Notes under the pieces: generated by a model
Databases searched by the model: none
What the model was told of the DNA's origin: nothing
What the model saw: the letters and a program-made list of their open reading frames with translations, nothing else
Part shown: piece after piece, positions 32,346-41,737 of the stretch
Layout: every line of letters starts with the position of its first letter
Numbering within the stretch: the stretch's first letter is position 1
Source: Verrucomicrobiota bacterium
GTDB lineage: Bacteria > Verrucomicrobiota > Verrucomicrobiia > Limisphaerales > AAA164-E04
Direction: 5' to 3'
Assembly: GCA_047947115.1 (NCBI GenBank)
Contig: CP170459.1
Coordinates: 3,680,001-3,744,000, forward strand
DNA length: 64,000 nucleotides
Program-made: the position numbers and the translations under genes

Positions 32346-33644
32346 ATGAATGGTGCGGTTTCTTCAGATCCCAAGTTTGGAAGTATATGGAAAAAGGTCA
32401 TGTCAACGTCCAGCCTGTTTGATCCGGTGGTGGATGAACGGGTGCGTTCCATCATGGACGAAGTGGCCCGGCACGGTGACAAGGCCCTGTTGAAATTTTC
32501 CGAACAGTTTGACGGTGCGAAATTGACCGTCAAACAACTGACGGTTTCCCAGGATGAATTCGATGATGCCGCAAAAAAAGTCAGCAAAACGGCACGAGCG
32601 GCGATTAAGGAGGCATTTGCCAATATCCAGTCCTTCGGCAAACAGTCCAAACGGACAGCATGGAATAGCCGGAATTCGCACAAAGCCAGAGTGGGTGAAA
32701 AATATGACCCGTTTCGCCGGGTAGGTCTCTACGTGCCGGGGGGGACCGCCCCGTTGGCTTCAACGGTGCTGATGACAGTCGGTCTTGCCAGGGTGGCAGG
32801 CTGTCAGGACATCGTTGTCTGCACGCCTTGCAACAAGGAAGGACAGGTCAATCCGGATCTGCTATATGCTTTGAAATACGCCGGGGCGACACAGGTTTTT
32901 AAACTGGGCGGCGCCCAGGCGGTGGCGGCGATGGCTTTCGGAACACGGACGGTGCCGAAGGTTGACAAGATTTTTGGTCCGGGCAACGCCTACGTGGTTG
33001 CTGCCAAACGTCTGGCGGTGGGGCATGTTTCGATCGATCTTTTGCCGGGCCCCAGTGAAGTATTGATCATTGCAGATCAAACGGCAGATGCATCGTTCGT
33101 CGCCGCCGACATGTTGGCTCAAGCCGAGCACGGTTCCGGAAAAGAACGGGTCTGCGTCCTGACCACCAGCGCCAAGTTGGCGAGAGACGTGGTCAAGCAG
33201 GTGGATAAGCAACTTAAACAGCTCAGCCGTGCCGATTTTATCCGGAAGGTGTTGGAGAAAAACGGCTGGATCATCCAGGTCAAGAATCTCGATGAAGCCG
33301 TCGATCTCGCCAATCAATTTGCGCCCGAACATTGCGAGATCATGACCGAAAATGCCCGGCAGGTTTCAAAGGGGGTGGTCACAGCCGGGGCCATCTTCCT
33401 GGGGAATCACTCCCCGACGGTGCTGGGAGATTATGTGGCGGGACCGAGCCACGTGCTGCCAACCGGCGGGGCGGGTGCTTCGTTCCCGGGCCTGACCGTG
33501 GACCAGTTCCAGCGTCGCACCAGTGTTGTGGAATATGATCACGCGGCGCTCACACGGGCCCTGCCTGCTGTCAGCGCTTTTGCAGGTATGGAAGGCCTGG
33601 ATGCACATGGACGTTCGGCTTCGATTCGAGCCGACAAGGCTTAG
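32346..33644 (+). CDS. hisD: Histidinol dehydrogenase
   Basis: GLYVPGG, GGAQAVAAMA, KIFGPGNAYV, GPSE, AQAEH, APEH, GDYVAGPSHVLPT. Start approximate. Confidence 0.96.
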   Translation: MNGAVSSDPKFGSIWKKVMSTSSLFDPVVDERVRSIMDEVARHGDKALLKFSEQFDGAKLTVKQLTVSQDEFDDAAKKVSKTARAAIKEAFANIQSFGKQSKRTAWNSRNSHKARVGEKYDPFRRVGLYVPGGTAPLASTVLMTVGLARVAGCQDIVVCTPCNKEGQVNPDLLYALKYAGATQVFKLGGAQAVAAMAFGTRTVPKVDKIFGPGNAYVVAAKRLAVGHVSIDLLPGPSEVLIIADQTADASFVAADMLAQAEHGSGKERVCVLTTSAKLARDVVKQVDKQLKQLSRADFIRKVLEKNGWIIQVKNLDEAVDLANQFAPEHCEIMTENARQVSKGVVTAGAIFLGNHSPTVLGDYVAGPSHVLPTGGAGASFPGLTVDQFQRRTSVVEYDHAALTRALPAVSAFAGMEGLDAHGRSASIRADKA

Positions 33645-33662
33645 TGATCTCTTAAATTTATT

Positions 33663-34793
33663 ATGGCCAAACCAAAATCCCCCAAGCTTGACTGGATCCG
33701 TCCGTTGGTCCGCGAACTGCACCCTTATACGCCCGGTGAGCAGCCGAAAGTCAAAGGACTGGTCAAGCTGAACACCAACGAGAATCCATATCCACCTTCT
33801 CCCAAGGTGCTCAAATCCGTCCGTGACGCTGTGGATGGACGTTTTCGCCTTTACCCCAATCCCACCGCCCAGTTGCTGCGGGATAAACTGGCGGATTTAC
33901 ACGGCGTGGAACGGGATCGGGTCATTGTGGGAAATGGATCCGATGAATTGTTGGCTTTGGCCACACGGGCTTTTGTCGAACCGGGTTCCAGGCGAAGGGA
34001 TGCTTCCGGACGTTCGGTCATTCAGTATTGGGTGCCGAGTTATTCGCTTTACCCGGTGCTGTCCGATATCCATGGAGCCATTCGTAATGAAGTGCCGCTC
34101 CAATCCGATTTTGGCATGCCCTCCGTGGCCACATTAAAAAAGGAAGGGAAATGGCATTTTCAAGCTGCATTAACCTATGTAACCACGCCTAATGCTCCCA
34201 CCGGGCGTGGCTATTCCAATCAGGAGCTTCGAGCTCTTTGCCGGGCTCAAGACGGTATCGTGATCCTGGATGAGGCTTATGTTGATTTTGCCGAAGAAAA
34301 TGCCATGGCTCTGACGGAGGAATGCCCCAACGTTCTCGTTTCCCGCACCTTCTCCAAGTCCTATTCACTCTGCTTTCAGCGGGTGGGTTATTTTGTCGGA
34401 CACCCTCATCTGATACGCGCGCTGGACAGTATCAGGGACAGCTATAACGTCAACGGGATCGGTCAGCTCGCCGCGCTGGAAACACTGAGGCACCTTTCCT
34501 ATTACCGCGCCAATTTTAAGAAGATCATTCGCATCCGAAAGCAAGTGGGGATGGAATTGGAATCCCTCGGATTTGATGTGTTGCCAAGCGAAACCAATTT
34601 CCTGTTCGTCAAGCCTCCCGGAGCGGATGCATCTGAATGGTATGAAGGTCTGAGGAAAAGGAAAATCCTTGTGCGCTGGTTTGGTAACAGTGCTTTCAGG
34701 GATCGCCTGCGCATTACCATCGGTTCCAAAGAGGAGATGGAGCAATGCATGCACGTCATCCGGACGCTTGCCGCAAAAGGGGCGGGTGCATAG
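33663..34793 (+). CDS. hisC: Histidinol-phosphate aminotransferase
   Basis: YTPGEQP, KLNTNENPYPP, GNGSDE, DEAYVDF, RTFSKSY, RITIG. Confidence 0.96.
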   Translation: MAKPKSPKLDWIRPLVRELHPYTPGEQPKVKGLVKLNTNENPYPPSPKVLKSVRDAVDGRFRLYPNPTAQLLRDKLADLHGVERDRVIVGNGSDELLALATRAFVEPGSRRRDASGRSVIQYWVPSYSLYPVLSDIHGAIRNEVPLQSDFGMPSVATLKKEGKWHFQAALTYVTTPNAPTGRGYSNQELRALCRAQDGIVILDEAYVDFAEENAMALTEECPNVLVSRTFSKSYSLCFQRVGYFVGHPHLIRALDSIRDSYNVNGIGQLAALETLRHLSYYRANFKKIIRIRKQVGMELESLGFDVLPSETNFLFVKPPGADASEWYEGLRKRKILVRWFGNSAFRDRLRITIGSKEEMEQCMHVIRTLAAKGAGA

Positions 34794-34835
34794 CTCGAGT
34801 CTCGGCCTCAAGGTACGGCCGCATGCGATAAAAAG

Positions 34836-34864
34836 TTGATTCCGATCATCGGTTACCCTATGTT
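34836..34864 (+). promoter_or_regulatory. Putative sigma70 promoter for the leader ORF and RND operon (leaderless)
   Basis: TTGATT (34836-34841), 17 bp, TATGTT (34859-34864), 7 nt, GTG 34872. Confidence 0.5.
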
Positions 34865-34871
34865 TTCCGGC

Positions 34872-35243
34872 GTGCAACGTTTGATGACATGGCTCCTGAT
34901 GGTTTTACTTACCTTTCCGGGGTGTTTGTGCAGCGCCTGGTGTTATGGTGCGTCGCACCATGATCATGCGGAGTCTCATGTCGATACTTCCGTCCCTCAT
35001 CTTTGCGATTCGCATCGACATCACCACTGTTGTTCTCATGAAGGGGATGCCGTTTCGGAGGCAATCCTTCATGAAATCCAGTCCAATCTGTTGGAACGTC
35101 CACTGGAGCGATTTGCTTCGGTTTTGGAGCAGTCTTCACTGGACCTGACAGCCCGCTTTTCCATTCCTCACGCTTTGCCTTCGGAGGTTCCCAAACCATC
35201 GTGCAGGAAAACACTTGTCTTGCTTCAACGATTCCTGATTTGA
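34872..35243 (+). CDS. Small exported His/Cys-rich protein preceding the metal-efflux operon (CzcI/DUF2946-like by position and composition)
   Basis: Hydrophobic N-terminus with CLC, then HHDHAESH and HLCDSHRHHHCCSH, C-terminus LVLLQRFLI. Confidence 0.7.
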   Translation: MQRLMTWLLMVLLTFPGCLCSAWCYGASHHDHAESHVDTSVPHLCDSHRHHHCCSHEGDAVSEAILHEIQSNLLERPLERFASVLEQSSLDLTARFSIPHALPSEVPKPSCRKTLVLLQRFLI

Positions 35244-35293
35244 ATTGTCTTCCCGCTTCATGGGATCTTTTTCGACGGTTCCATTCAACGTTT

Positions 35294-35336
35294 AGTAGCG
35301 TCACCCGATACCAGAGGTGATCGCTGACTCTTTTTT
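35294..35336 (+). terminator. Intrinsic terminator-like hairpin between the leader ORF and the czcC-like gene
   Basis: AGT-AGCG-TCACC, 10-nt loop, GGTGA-(T)-CGCT-(G)-ACT, then C-TTTTTT (35331-35336). Confidence 0.55.
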
Positions 35337-35410
35337 CAACTTTAATTTGTTTCAATTTTTCGGAAGTGATTCCGATACAATCCGGCGCAGTCAAGTGCTG
35401 GAACTTTGTG

Positions 35411-36715
35411 ATGACGATAACAGCACGACATGGTTTTATTTGGACCATCATGGTCCTGCTTGCTCAAGGATGTTTGCTTGGGGGGGGCTCTCCGGAGGCG
35501 TTCTCGGGTTCGGATTCCGTTGTGCTGAGTCTGGATTCCATTCCGGTAGAGGTGATGCATCGGAATCCGGATCTTCAAACAGCCCGCTGGACCATTGAAT
35601 CAGCGCGAACCCGGAAGCTGCAGGCGGGGAGACTGAGCAACCCCAGCCTGCAAACGATTTTTCAGGATAACACGCGTAATTCTGAACGCGCCATTGGATT
35701 TGGTGTGCAACAAGCCTTTCCGGTGACGGCACGCCTGAAATTGGAAAAGAGTGTTGCCCACCATCAAATTCTGGAAGCCGAAGCCGAAGTGGCTTCCGTT
35801 GCACGCCAACGCACGGAATCAGCCCTCGAACTGGGAGTTCATCTTCTAGGAAATCAATTGCGTCAGGTAGTCTTGGACGATCAAATTCAACTTGCTGATG
35901 AGTTGACTTCCTTCCTGAAAGTCCAGTCCAGGCAAGGTGAGATTTCTCCGCTGGATGCCACACATGCATCCTTGTTGGCGGGAGAACTCAGGCAGAAGCT
36001 GCGTCCGCTTCGACTCAGGAGCAGGCTGCTGAAAAGTGAACTGCGCGGTTTGCTGGGCTTAACCCCTGCTGTGGGCCTGGTCATGGATGGAACACTCTCC
36101 CCAATGGGTTTGCCGACCGCGAGTGAAATACATTTTGAAAAACTTCCTGAGATGCGGCTGCTGCACCGGAAGATTCATACCGCCGAAGAAACGTTGAAGC
36201 TGGAACGAGCTAATCGAGTGGATGATTTCAAATTGGGACTGGTTCACCAGTGGAGCCGTGAAGAGGACGTTCCCATCGGCATCGAAGCCGAACGTCAGTA
36301 TGGCTTGCAACTCTCGGTACCGCTCCCGTTCTGGAACCGTAATGAAGGCAGGATAGGGGAGGTTCTGTCGGAATTGAGTCGGTTGGAATCCTCCGTTGAA
36401 GCTCTTAAAATTGCCATTCTGAATCAAGTCGATGCCGCGTATACCGCCATGGTGGAGCATTTGGCGGCTTACCGTGAAATTACGGAACAATTAATCCCTG
36501 GCCGCCTTGCTTACCAAGAGGAATTGGAAGCATCTTTTCGTCAGGGACTGATTTCCTTTGAAGCCTTAATCAAAGCGCGGGAGCGAATGTTAGACCTGCG
36601 TTTCTCCGAAGCGGAAGCTTTGGAATCTTTTCATGCCAGCCGCGTGAAGTATCTCTCAGCGTCAGGCGCCTTTTCCAATACCCAACTGAATGAGAATGAA
36701 AAAAAAACTGAATAA
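35411..36715 (+). CDS. TolC/CzcC-family outer-membrane efflux protein
   Basis: NPDLQTAR, NPSL, VQQAFPVTARL, LSVPLPFWNRNEG; first structural gene of the RND operon. Start 35366-35411 uncertain. Confidence 0.88.
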   Translation: MTITARHGFIWTIMVLLAQGCLLGGGSPEAFSGSDSVVLSLDSIPVEVMHRNPDLQTARWTIESARTRKLQAGRLSNPSLQTIFQDNTRNSERAIGFGVQQAFPVTARLKLEKSVAHHQILEAEAEVASVARQRTESALELGVHLLGNQLRQVVLDDQIQLADELTSFLKVQSRQGEISPLDATHASLLAGELRQKLRPLRLRSRLLKSELRGLLGLTPAVGLVMDGTLSPMGLPTASEIHFEKLPEMRLLHRKIHTAEETLKLERANRVDDFKLGLVHQWSREEDVPIGIEAERQYGLQLSVPLPFWNRNEGRIGEVLSELSRLESSVEALKIAILNQVDAAYTAMVEHLAAYREITEQLIPGRLAYQEELEASFRQGLISFEALIKARERMLDLRFSEAEALESFHASRVKYLSASGAFSNTQLNENEKKTE

Positions 36716-37820
36716 GTGGTTGTGGCTTTGTGCCCTTTGTATCGTGGGGAATGCTGTCACTTGCTGGAGTGACAGGGAGAATGACCTTGTTATCCTGGAT
36801 GAATTGGGGCTTCGGAATCTTGGGATCGAAACAGAAGTGGTTACACGTCGTGATTTTGACGAAACATTGTTTGCTCTGGGGCGTCTTCAGTCCAAACCCG
36901 GCGGGCATGCTTATGTTACTGCTCGCATTCCCGGCAGGCTTGTGGACATCATGGCGCACGAAGGGGATTACGTGAAGAAGGGTGACAAGATGGTCGTGGT
37001 AGAAAGTCTTCAGCCCGGTAATCCTCCGCCTTCCCAAACGTTTTATGCTCCTATTGACGGTCTTGTGGTAAAGAGCTTTCTGCATCTGGGAGAGCCGGTG
37101 GTGCCTGAAAAACCGATATTGGAAATCATTCACCTTGAGGAAATGTATGCCGTCGCCAGGGTTCCCGAGGACAAGGTTGCATTGATTAAACCTGAGACGA
37201 GAGCGGAAATACGCGTTGCAGCTTATCCGAATAGTTTGTTCACTGGAACCTGGGAACGTTTCGGCACCATGGCGGATGCCTCGAATGCCACGCTGGATGC
37301 ATTCTTTCTGATTTCTGATCCAACTGGAAAGATCAGGCCGAACATGCGTACGGAATTCACCCTGCACATCGACACTCGAAAAAAGGTGATGTCGGTGCCG
37401 CTTGCAGCGTTGCAGGGAGATCACTTCCAGCCTTTTGTTTTCGTGCGGGATTTTGATCTGCCCAATGCCTTTCTTAAAGCGCCGGTGACCACCGGAGCAC
37501 GCAACACCACTCATATTGAAATTCTCAACGGATTGTTCCCCGGGGATCAGGTGGTGGTCAAGGGAGCTTACCCGCTTGCGTTTGCCGGAAGCGGAGGGAT
37601 CAGTCTGAAGGAGGCTCTGGACGCAGCCCATGGGCATGAACACAACGAAGATGGCTCCGAATTGACTGCCGATCAGAAAGCCGCAAAGGCGGCGGCTGAT
37701 GATCCTGACGCGGGCGGAATGAATGCCGGGCCGTTGACTTGGTTTCTGGGGATCCTTTGCCTCGGGCAGTGGATACTGCTTCTGCTTCGCGGAAAAAATC
37801 GGAGAGGGGAAACAGCTTAA
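36696..37820 (+). CDS. RND periplasmic adaptor (CzcB-like) with His-rich linker and C-terminal TM helix
   Basis: ARIPGRL...EGDYVKKGD, APIDGLV, IRPNM, VPLAAL, GLFPGDQVVVKGAY, then AHGHEHNEDG and WFLGILCLGQWILLLL. Confidence 0.88.
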   Translation: MKKKLNKWLWLCALCIVGNAVTCWSDRENDLVILDELGLRNLGIETEVVTRRDFDETLFALGRLQSKPGGHAYVTARIPGRLVDIMAHEGDYVKKGDKMVVVESLQPGNPPPSQTFYAPIDGLVVKSFLHLGEPVVPEKPILEIIHLEEMYAVARVPEDKVALIKPETRAEIRVAAYPNSLFTGTWERFGTMADASNATLDAFFLISDPTGKIRPNMRTEFTLHIDTRKKVMSVPLAALQGDHFQPFVFVRDFDLPNAFLKAPVTTGARNTTHIEILNGLFPGDQVVVKGAYPLAFAGSGGISLKEALDAAHGHEHNEDGSELTADQKAAKAAADDPDAGGMNAGPLTWFLGILCLGQWILLLLRGKNRRGETA

Positions 37821-37832
37821 CCGGTTTGATTC

Positions 37833-40800
37833 ATGCTCAATTCACTCATCCAGTTCTCACTCAGACATCGCGTTGTTATCCTCACTGCGGCAGTGATCCT
37901 TTTGGCGGTGGGGATTCAGTTGGGGCGGAAACTGCCGGTCGAGGTGCTTCCGGATCTGACCAAACCAACGGTCACCATCCTGACCGAAGCCCCCGGACTG
38001 GCCCCCGAAGAGGTGGAGACACGTATCACCATTCCACTCGAAAGCGCCTTAATGGGCGTGTCGGGCGTCACCCGATTACGGTCGACTTCGGATGTGTCAC
38101 TTTCGTTGATCTATGTTGAATTTGACTGGGGAACCGACATCACGACCGCGCGTCAGTATGTTCAGGAGCGCCTGCAGTCAGCTATTCCAAACATGCCCGA
38201 AGGTGTGTTTCCCTACATGACGCCCGTGGCTTCCCTGATGGGGGAAATCATGTTGGTGGGGATGCACCATCCGGATGGGGCCGTTGATCCGCGTGATATG
38301 AGAACCTTGGCGGATTGGACGATTCGAAGACGCCTGCAGAGCATTCCGGGTATCGCCGAAGTGCTGGCCATGGGGGGAGGTGTCAAACAAATCCATATTC
38401 AACCGGATCCGGATCGGATGCGTGCGATGGAAGTGAGTTTTGATGAACTCCTTCATGCCGCGCATGAGGCCGCCGGAAACACGACGGGGGGCTTCCTTAC
38501 CGGTTCCGCTCAGGAAATCATGGTGAGGCATCTCGCCATGACGACCGACCTGGAAGCGATCGGTGCCACGATCATCAAACAAATCAATGATCGGCCGGTG
38601 ATCATCCATGATGTTGCCAAGGTGGTTTGGGACATTGAACCCATGCGTGGTGACGCCGCAGTGAACGGGGTTTACGGCGTGATCCTCAGTGTGACCAAGG
38701 CTCCGGGGTTCGACACGATCACGCTGACGGAAAATGTGGAGCGTGCGTTGGTGGAATTGCAGGAATCCATGCCTGAAGGTGTCCGTTTGGAACCCTTGTT
38801 CCGGCAATCGGATTTTATTGAACATGCCGTCGGCAATCTCCAGGAAGCTATTCGTGATGGTGCGATCATGGTTTCCATCGTGTTGTTTCTATTCCTGCTC
38901 AATGTCAGGACCACCGCCATCACGCTGATGGCGATTCCATTGTCTTTTGCAACGACATTGCTGGTGTTTTACTGGTGGGATTTAAGCGTCAACTCGATGA
39001 CCCTGGGGGGGCTTGCTGTTGCAATTGGGATGGTGGTCGACGATGCGATTGTTGATGTGGAAAATGTCTTTCGACGGCTCAAGGAGAATGCTGCAAGCCG
39101 TCAGCCACAGCCCAGGACCCAGGTGATTGCTTCGGCTTCCGCAGAGGTCAGAAACTCAATTTTTTATGCCACCGTTTTTATCATCCTGGTGTTCCTCCCA
39201 TTGCTTGGCTTGTCGGGTGTGGAAGGGCGATTGTTTGCTCCCATTGCTATGGCGACGATGGTCAGTATGGCGGCTTCGTTTTTCATTTCCCTCACCGTGA
39301 TTCCGGTTTTGTGTTCATTGTTGCTGCACCCCAAAGAGAACAAAACCCACCAGGACGGGGTGGTCGTGCGTTTGTTGAAAGGGTGTTTGCGCACCACCTG
39401 GCTCAGGTTGGCTCTGGATCGTCCCTTTGCCGTGCTGAGTCTGGCGAGTGCGCTTCTGGCAAGTGCTCTGACTTTGTATCCGATGATGGGGAAGGATTTT
39501 CTGCCGGCGTTTGAAGAGGAAACCGCGCTGGTTGCCCTGACGACGGCACCGGGTACTTCGTTGAAACAGACGGCAGAGATCGCCGATATTGCCGATCGAC
39601 TCCTCTTGGAAATTCCGGAAGTGCGGAAGGTGGGACGTCGTCACGGGCGTGCCGAACGCGGTGATCATGTGGTGCCTGTTTCGACGGTGGAATTTGATAT
39701 CGATTTCGAGACCAGTGAGCGGTCGCGCTCCGAAGTGCTGGAGGATATCCGGCGGACCATGCGCAGCATTCCCGGAACGTTCAGTGCCTTGAGCGGTCCT
39801 TTGGCCGATCGGGTCGGTCATATGCTCAGCGGCGTTTCCGCGAAGGTGGCCATTAAAGTGTTTGGTCCGGACCTGGATGAAATCCGCCGCATCGGTTCCT
39901 CCATTCAGCAAATTGCCCAGGATATTCCGGGTTTTCAGGATGCCCGCATTGAGCAGCAGGCCCCCATCCCTCAATTGCGCATCGAGATTGATCGCGATCG
40001 GGCCCAGGCTTACGGGGTTACTCCTGGAGCGTTGAACGAACAGCTTTCCGTATTGATCGGGGGCGAGCGTGTGGAGCAACTCTTTGAAGGAGCACGCACG
40101 GTGGATTTGCTGGTGCGCCTGCCTCAGGAATGGCGGGAATCTCCGGATCGTTTGCGTAATATGTATATCGATACGGAAAGTGATTTGCGGATTCCACTTC
40201 ATCTGGTTGCGGACGTTCGTCCAGCCAAAGGCCCCAATGTGATTCAGCGCGAAAACACCCAGCGGCGATTTGTGGTGAGTATCAATCCCACTGAACGGGA
40301 TTTGAATTCCAAGGTCCGGGAACTTCAGCGTCGAGTCAGTGGTGAAGTGAAAATTCCCAAAGGCTACTTCGTCAGTTTTGAAGGTGAATTCAAAGCACAA
40401 CAGGAAGCGGCTCGTCGCATCCTGTTTCTAAGTCTGCTGGTCTTTGGTGTGATGGCGGTGCTTTTGTACGGATACTTTGGAACGCCTATGTTTGCCCTGC
40501 AGGTGATCCTGGATATTCCACTGGCTTTGATGGGTGGTTTGTTCCTGACTTTTGTTCTCACACATAATGTCAGCATCGCCACCCTGGTCGGATTTATCGC
40601 AGTTGCCGGTGTGGCGGCGAGAAACAGTGTGATGCTGATTTCGCATTACCTGCACCTGATGCGGCACGAGAACGAACCTTTCAGTCGCGCCATGGTGGAG
40701 AGAGGTACTCTGGAACGTTTGGTTCCTGTGTTGATGACCGCCTTGTCCGCCGGTCTTGCACTCATTCCGCTGGTGTTGGCGGCGGATGAACCCGGCAAGG

Positions 40801-40949
40801 AAATCCTGAGACCGGTGGCCATTGTCATCGTGGGCGGATTGGTGACTTCGACTTTGCTGGGGCTTGGTGTGACTCCGGCAGTATTTTTTGCGTTCGGAAA
40901 AAAATATGCAGAGGAGGCTGTCGATAAGAAAGCGCCAGCTTCGGCTTGA
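37833..40949 (+). CDS. CusA/CzcA-family heavy-metal RND efflux permease
   Basis: LPVEVLPDL, APGLAPEEVE, GGLAVAIGMVVDDAIVDVENV, ERLVPVLMTAL, GGLVTSTLL; 1038 aa. Confidence 0.95.
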   Translation: MLNSLIQFSLRHRVVILTAAVILLAVGIQLGRKLPVEVLPDLTKPTVTILTEAPGLAPEEVETRITIPLESALMGVSGVTRLRSTSDVSLSLIYVEFDWGTDITTARQYVQERLQSAIPNMPEGVFPYMTPVASLMGEIMLVGMHHPDGAVDPRDMRTLADWTIRRRLQSIPGIAEVLAMGGGVKQIHIQPDPDRMRAMEVSFDELLHAAHEAAGNTTGGFLTGSAQEIMVRHLAMTTDLEAIGATIIKQINDRPVIIHDVAKVVWDIEPMRGDAAVNGVYGVILSVTKAPGFDTITLTENVERALVELQESMPEGVRLEPLFRQSDFIEHAVGNLQEAIRDGAIMVSIVLFLFLLNVRTTAITLMAIPLSFATTLLVFYWWDLSVNSMTLGGLAVAIGMVVDDAIVDVENVFRRLKENAASRQPQPRTQVIASASAEVRNSIFYATVFIILVFLPLLGLSGVEGRLFAPIAMATMVSMAASFFISLTVIPVLCSLLLHPKENKTHQDGVVVRLLKGCLRTTWLRLALDRPFAVLSLASALLASALTLYPMMGKDFLPAFEEETALVALTTAPGTSLKQTAEIADIADRLLLEIPEVRKVGRRHGRAERGDHVVPVSTVEFDIDFETSERSRSEVLEDIRRTMRSIPGTFSALSGPLADRVGHMLSGVSAKVAIKVFGPDLDEIRRIGSSIQQIAQDIPGFQDARIEQQAPIPQLRIEIDRDRAQAYGVTPGALNEQLSVLIGGERVEQLFEGARTVDLLVRLPQEWRESPDRLRNMYIDTESDLRIPLHLVADVRPAKGPNVIQRENTQRRFVVSINPTERDLNSKVRELQRRVSGEVKIPKGYFVSFEGEFKAQQEAARRILFLSLLVFGVMAVLLYGYFGTPMFALQVILDIPLALMGGLFLTFVLTHNVSIATLVGFIAVAGVAARNSVMLISHYLHLMRHENEPFSRAMVERGTLERLVPVLMTALSAGLALIPLVLAADEPGKEILRPVAIVIVGGLVTSTLLGLGVTPAVFFAFGKKYAEEAVDKKAPASA

Positions 40950-41028
40950 CCCTGTATGGTAGAAAAATGGATACTTTCAATGGATGATTTCAGATTGGAA
41001 AATGCACATGAATCTTATAATAAAACGT

Positions 41029-41622
41029 ATGATGACTACTTCAAAACAATTGGTTTCCTCAATCTTTGCCATGTCAACTTTGGTCCTCTGGACAGCTTGC
41101 GGGCCTTCACCCGATCACGCGACTCATCACGAGGATTCCGACCACCAGCACCCTGGCGAAGTGGCGGCTCATGGTCATGGGGTTGACGGTTCCCATTCAC
41201 ACGAAGATGGCGATGACGGCCACCATTCCGGGGTTCCCGGTCCCAATGGCGGGCGATTGGTTGTAGGGGTGGAGCCTCATCTGGAATTTTTCATGCAACC
41301 CGACCGGCACGCACGAATCACGTTTGTGAATGACGATATCGAGCCGATTGCGCCCGCCGATCTTGAGATCACTCTCACCGGAGGTGACCGATCCAATCCT
41401 GTCGAGATAGGCTTCAGCCGGGCTGACGGATTCCTTTTGTCCAATGCCCCATTGCCGGACGAGCAGGATATGGCGATTGTGTTGCAGGTAAGCGGCGGGG
41501 AGAATGAAGAACCTGTCTTTGAGCGGTTTCATTTGAACATGGCCACCTGCCCGGATTGTCAGTTGCATGAGTATGCCTGTATTTGTGGTCACGCCGACCA
41601 TGAACACGATGATGAACATTGA
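41029..41622 (+). CDS. His/Cys-rich lipoprotein, putative metal chaperone
   Basis: Lipobox WTAC, His/Asp-rich N-terminal segment, GPNGGRL, C-terminal CPDCQLHEYACICGHADHEH. Start uncertain (41008-41032). Confidence 0.75.
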   Translation: MMTTSKQLVSSIFAMSTLVLWTACGPSPDHATHHEDSDHQHPGEVAAHGHGVDGSHSHEDGDDGHHSGVPGPNGGRLVVGVEPHLEFFMQPDRHARITFVNDDIEPIAPADLEITLTGGDRSNPVEIGFSRADGFLLSNAPLPDEQDMAIVLQVSGGENEEPVFERFHLNMATCPDCQLHEYACICGHADHEHDDEH

Positions 41623-41737
41623 AGCGGGTAAATGGACCGCCACACACCGAGCGCCTTTCGGTTGTTGTGTGAATCAGTATTGAACTGGTTGAGGTTATTC
41701 CTCATCCTTCGGCACAGATTTGAACGTAAAGTAACCT

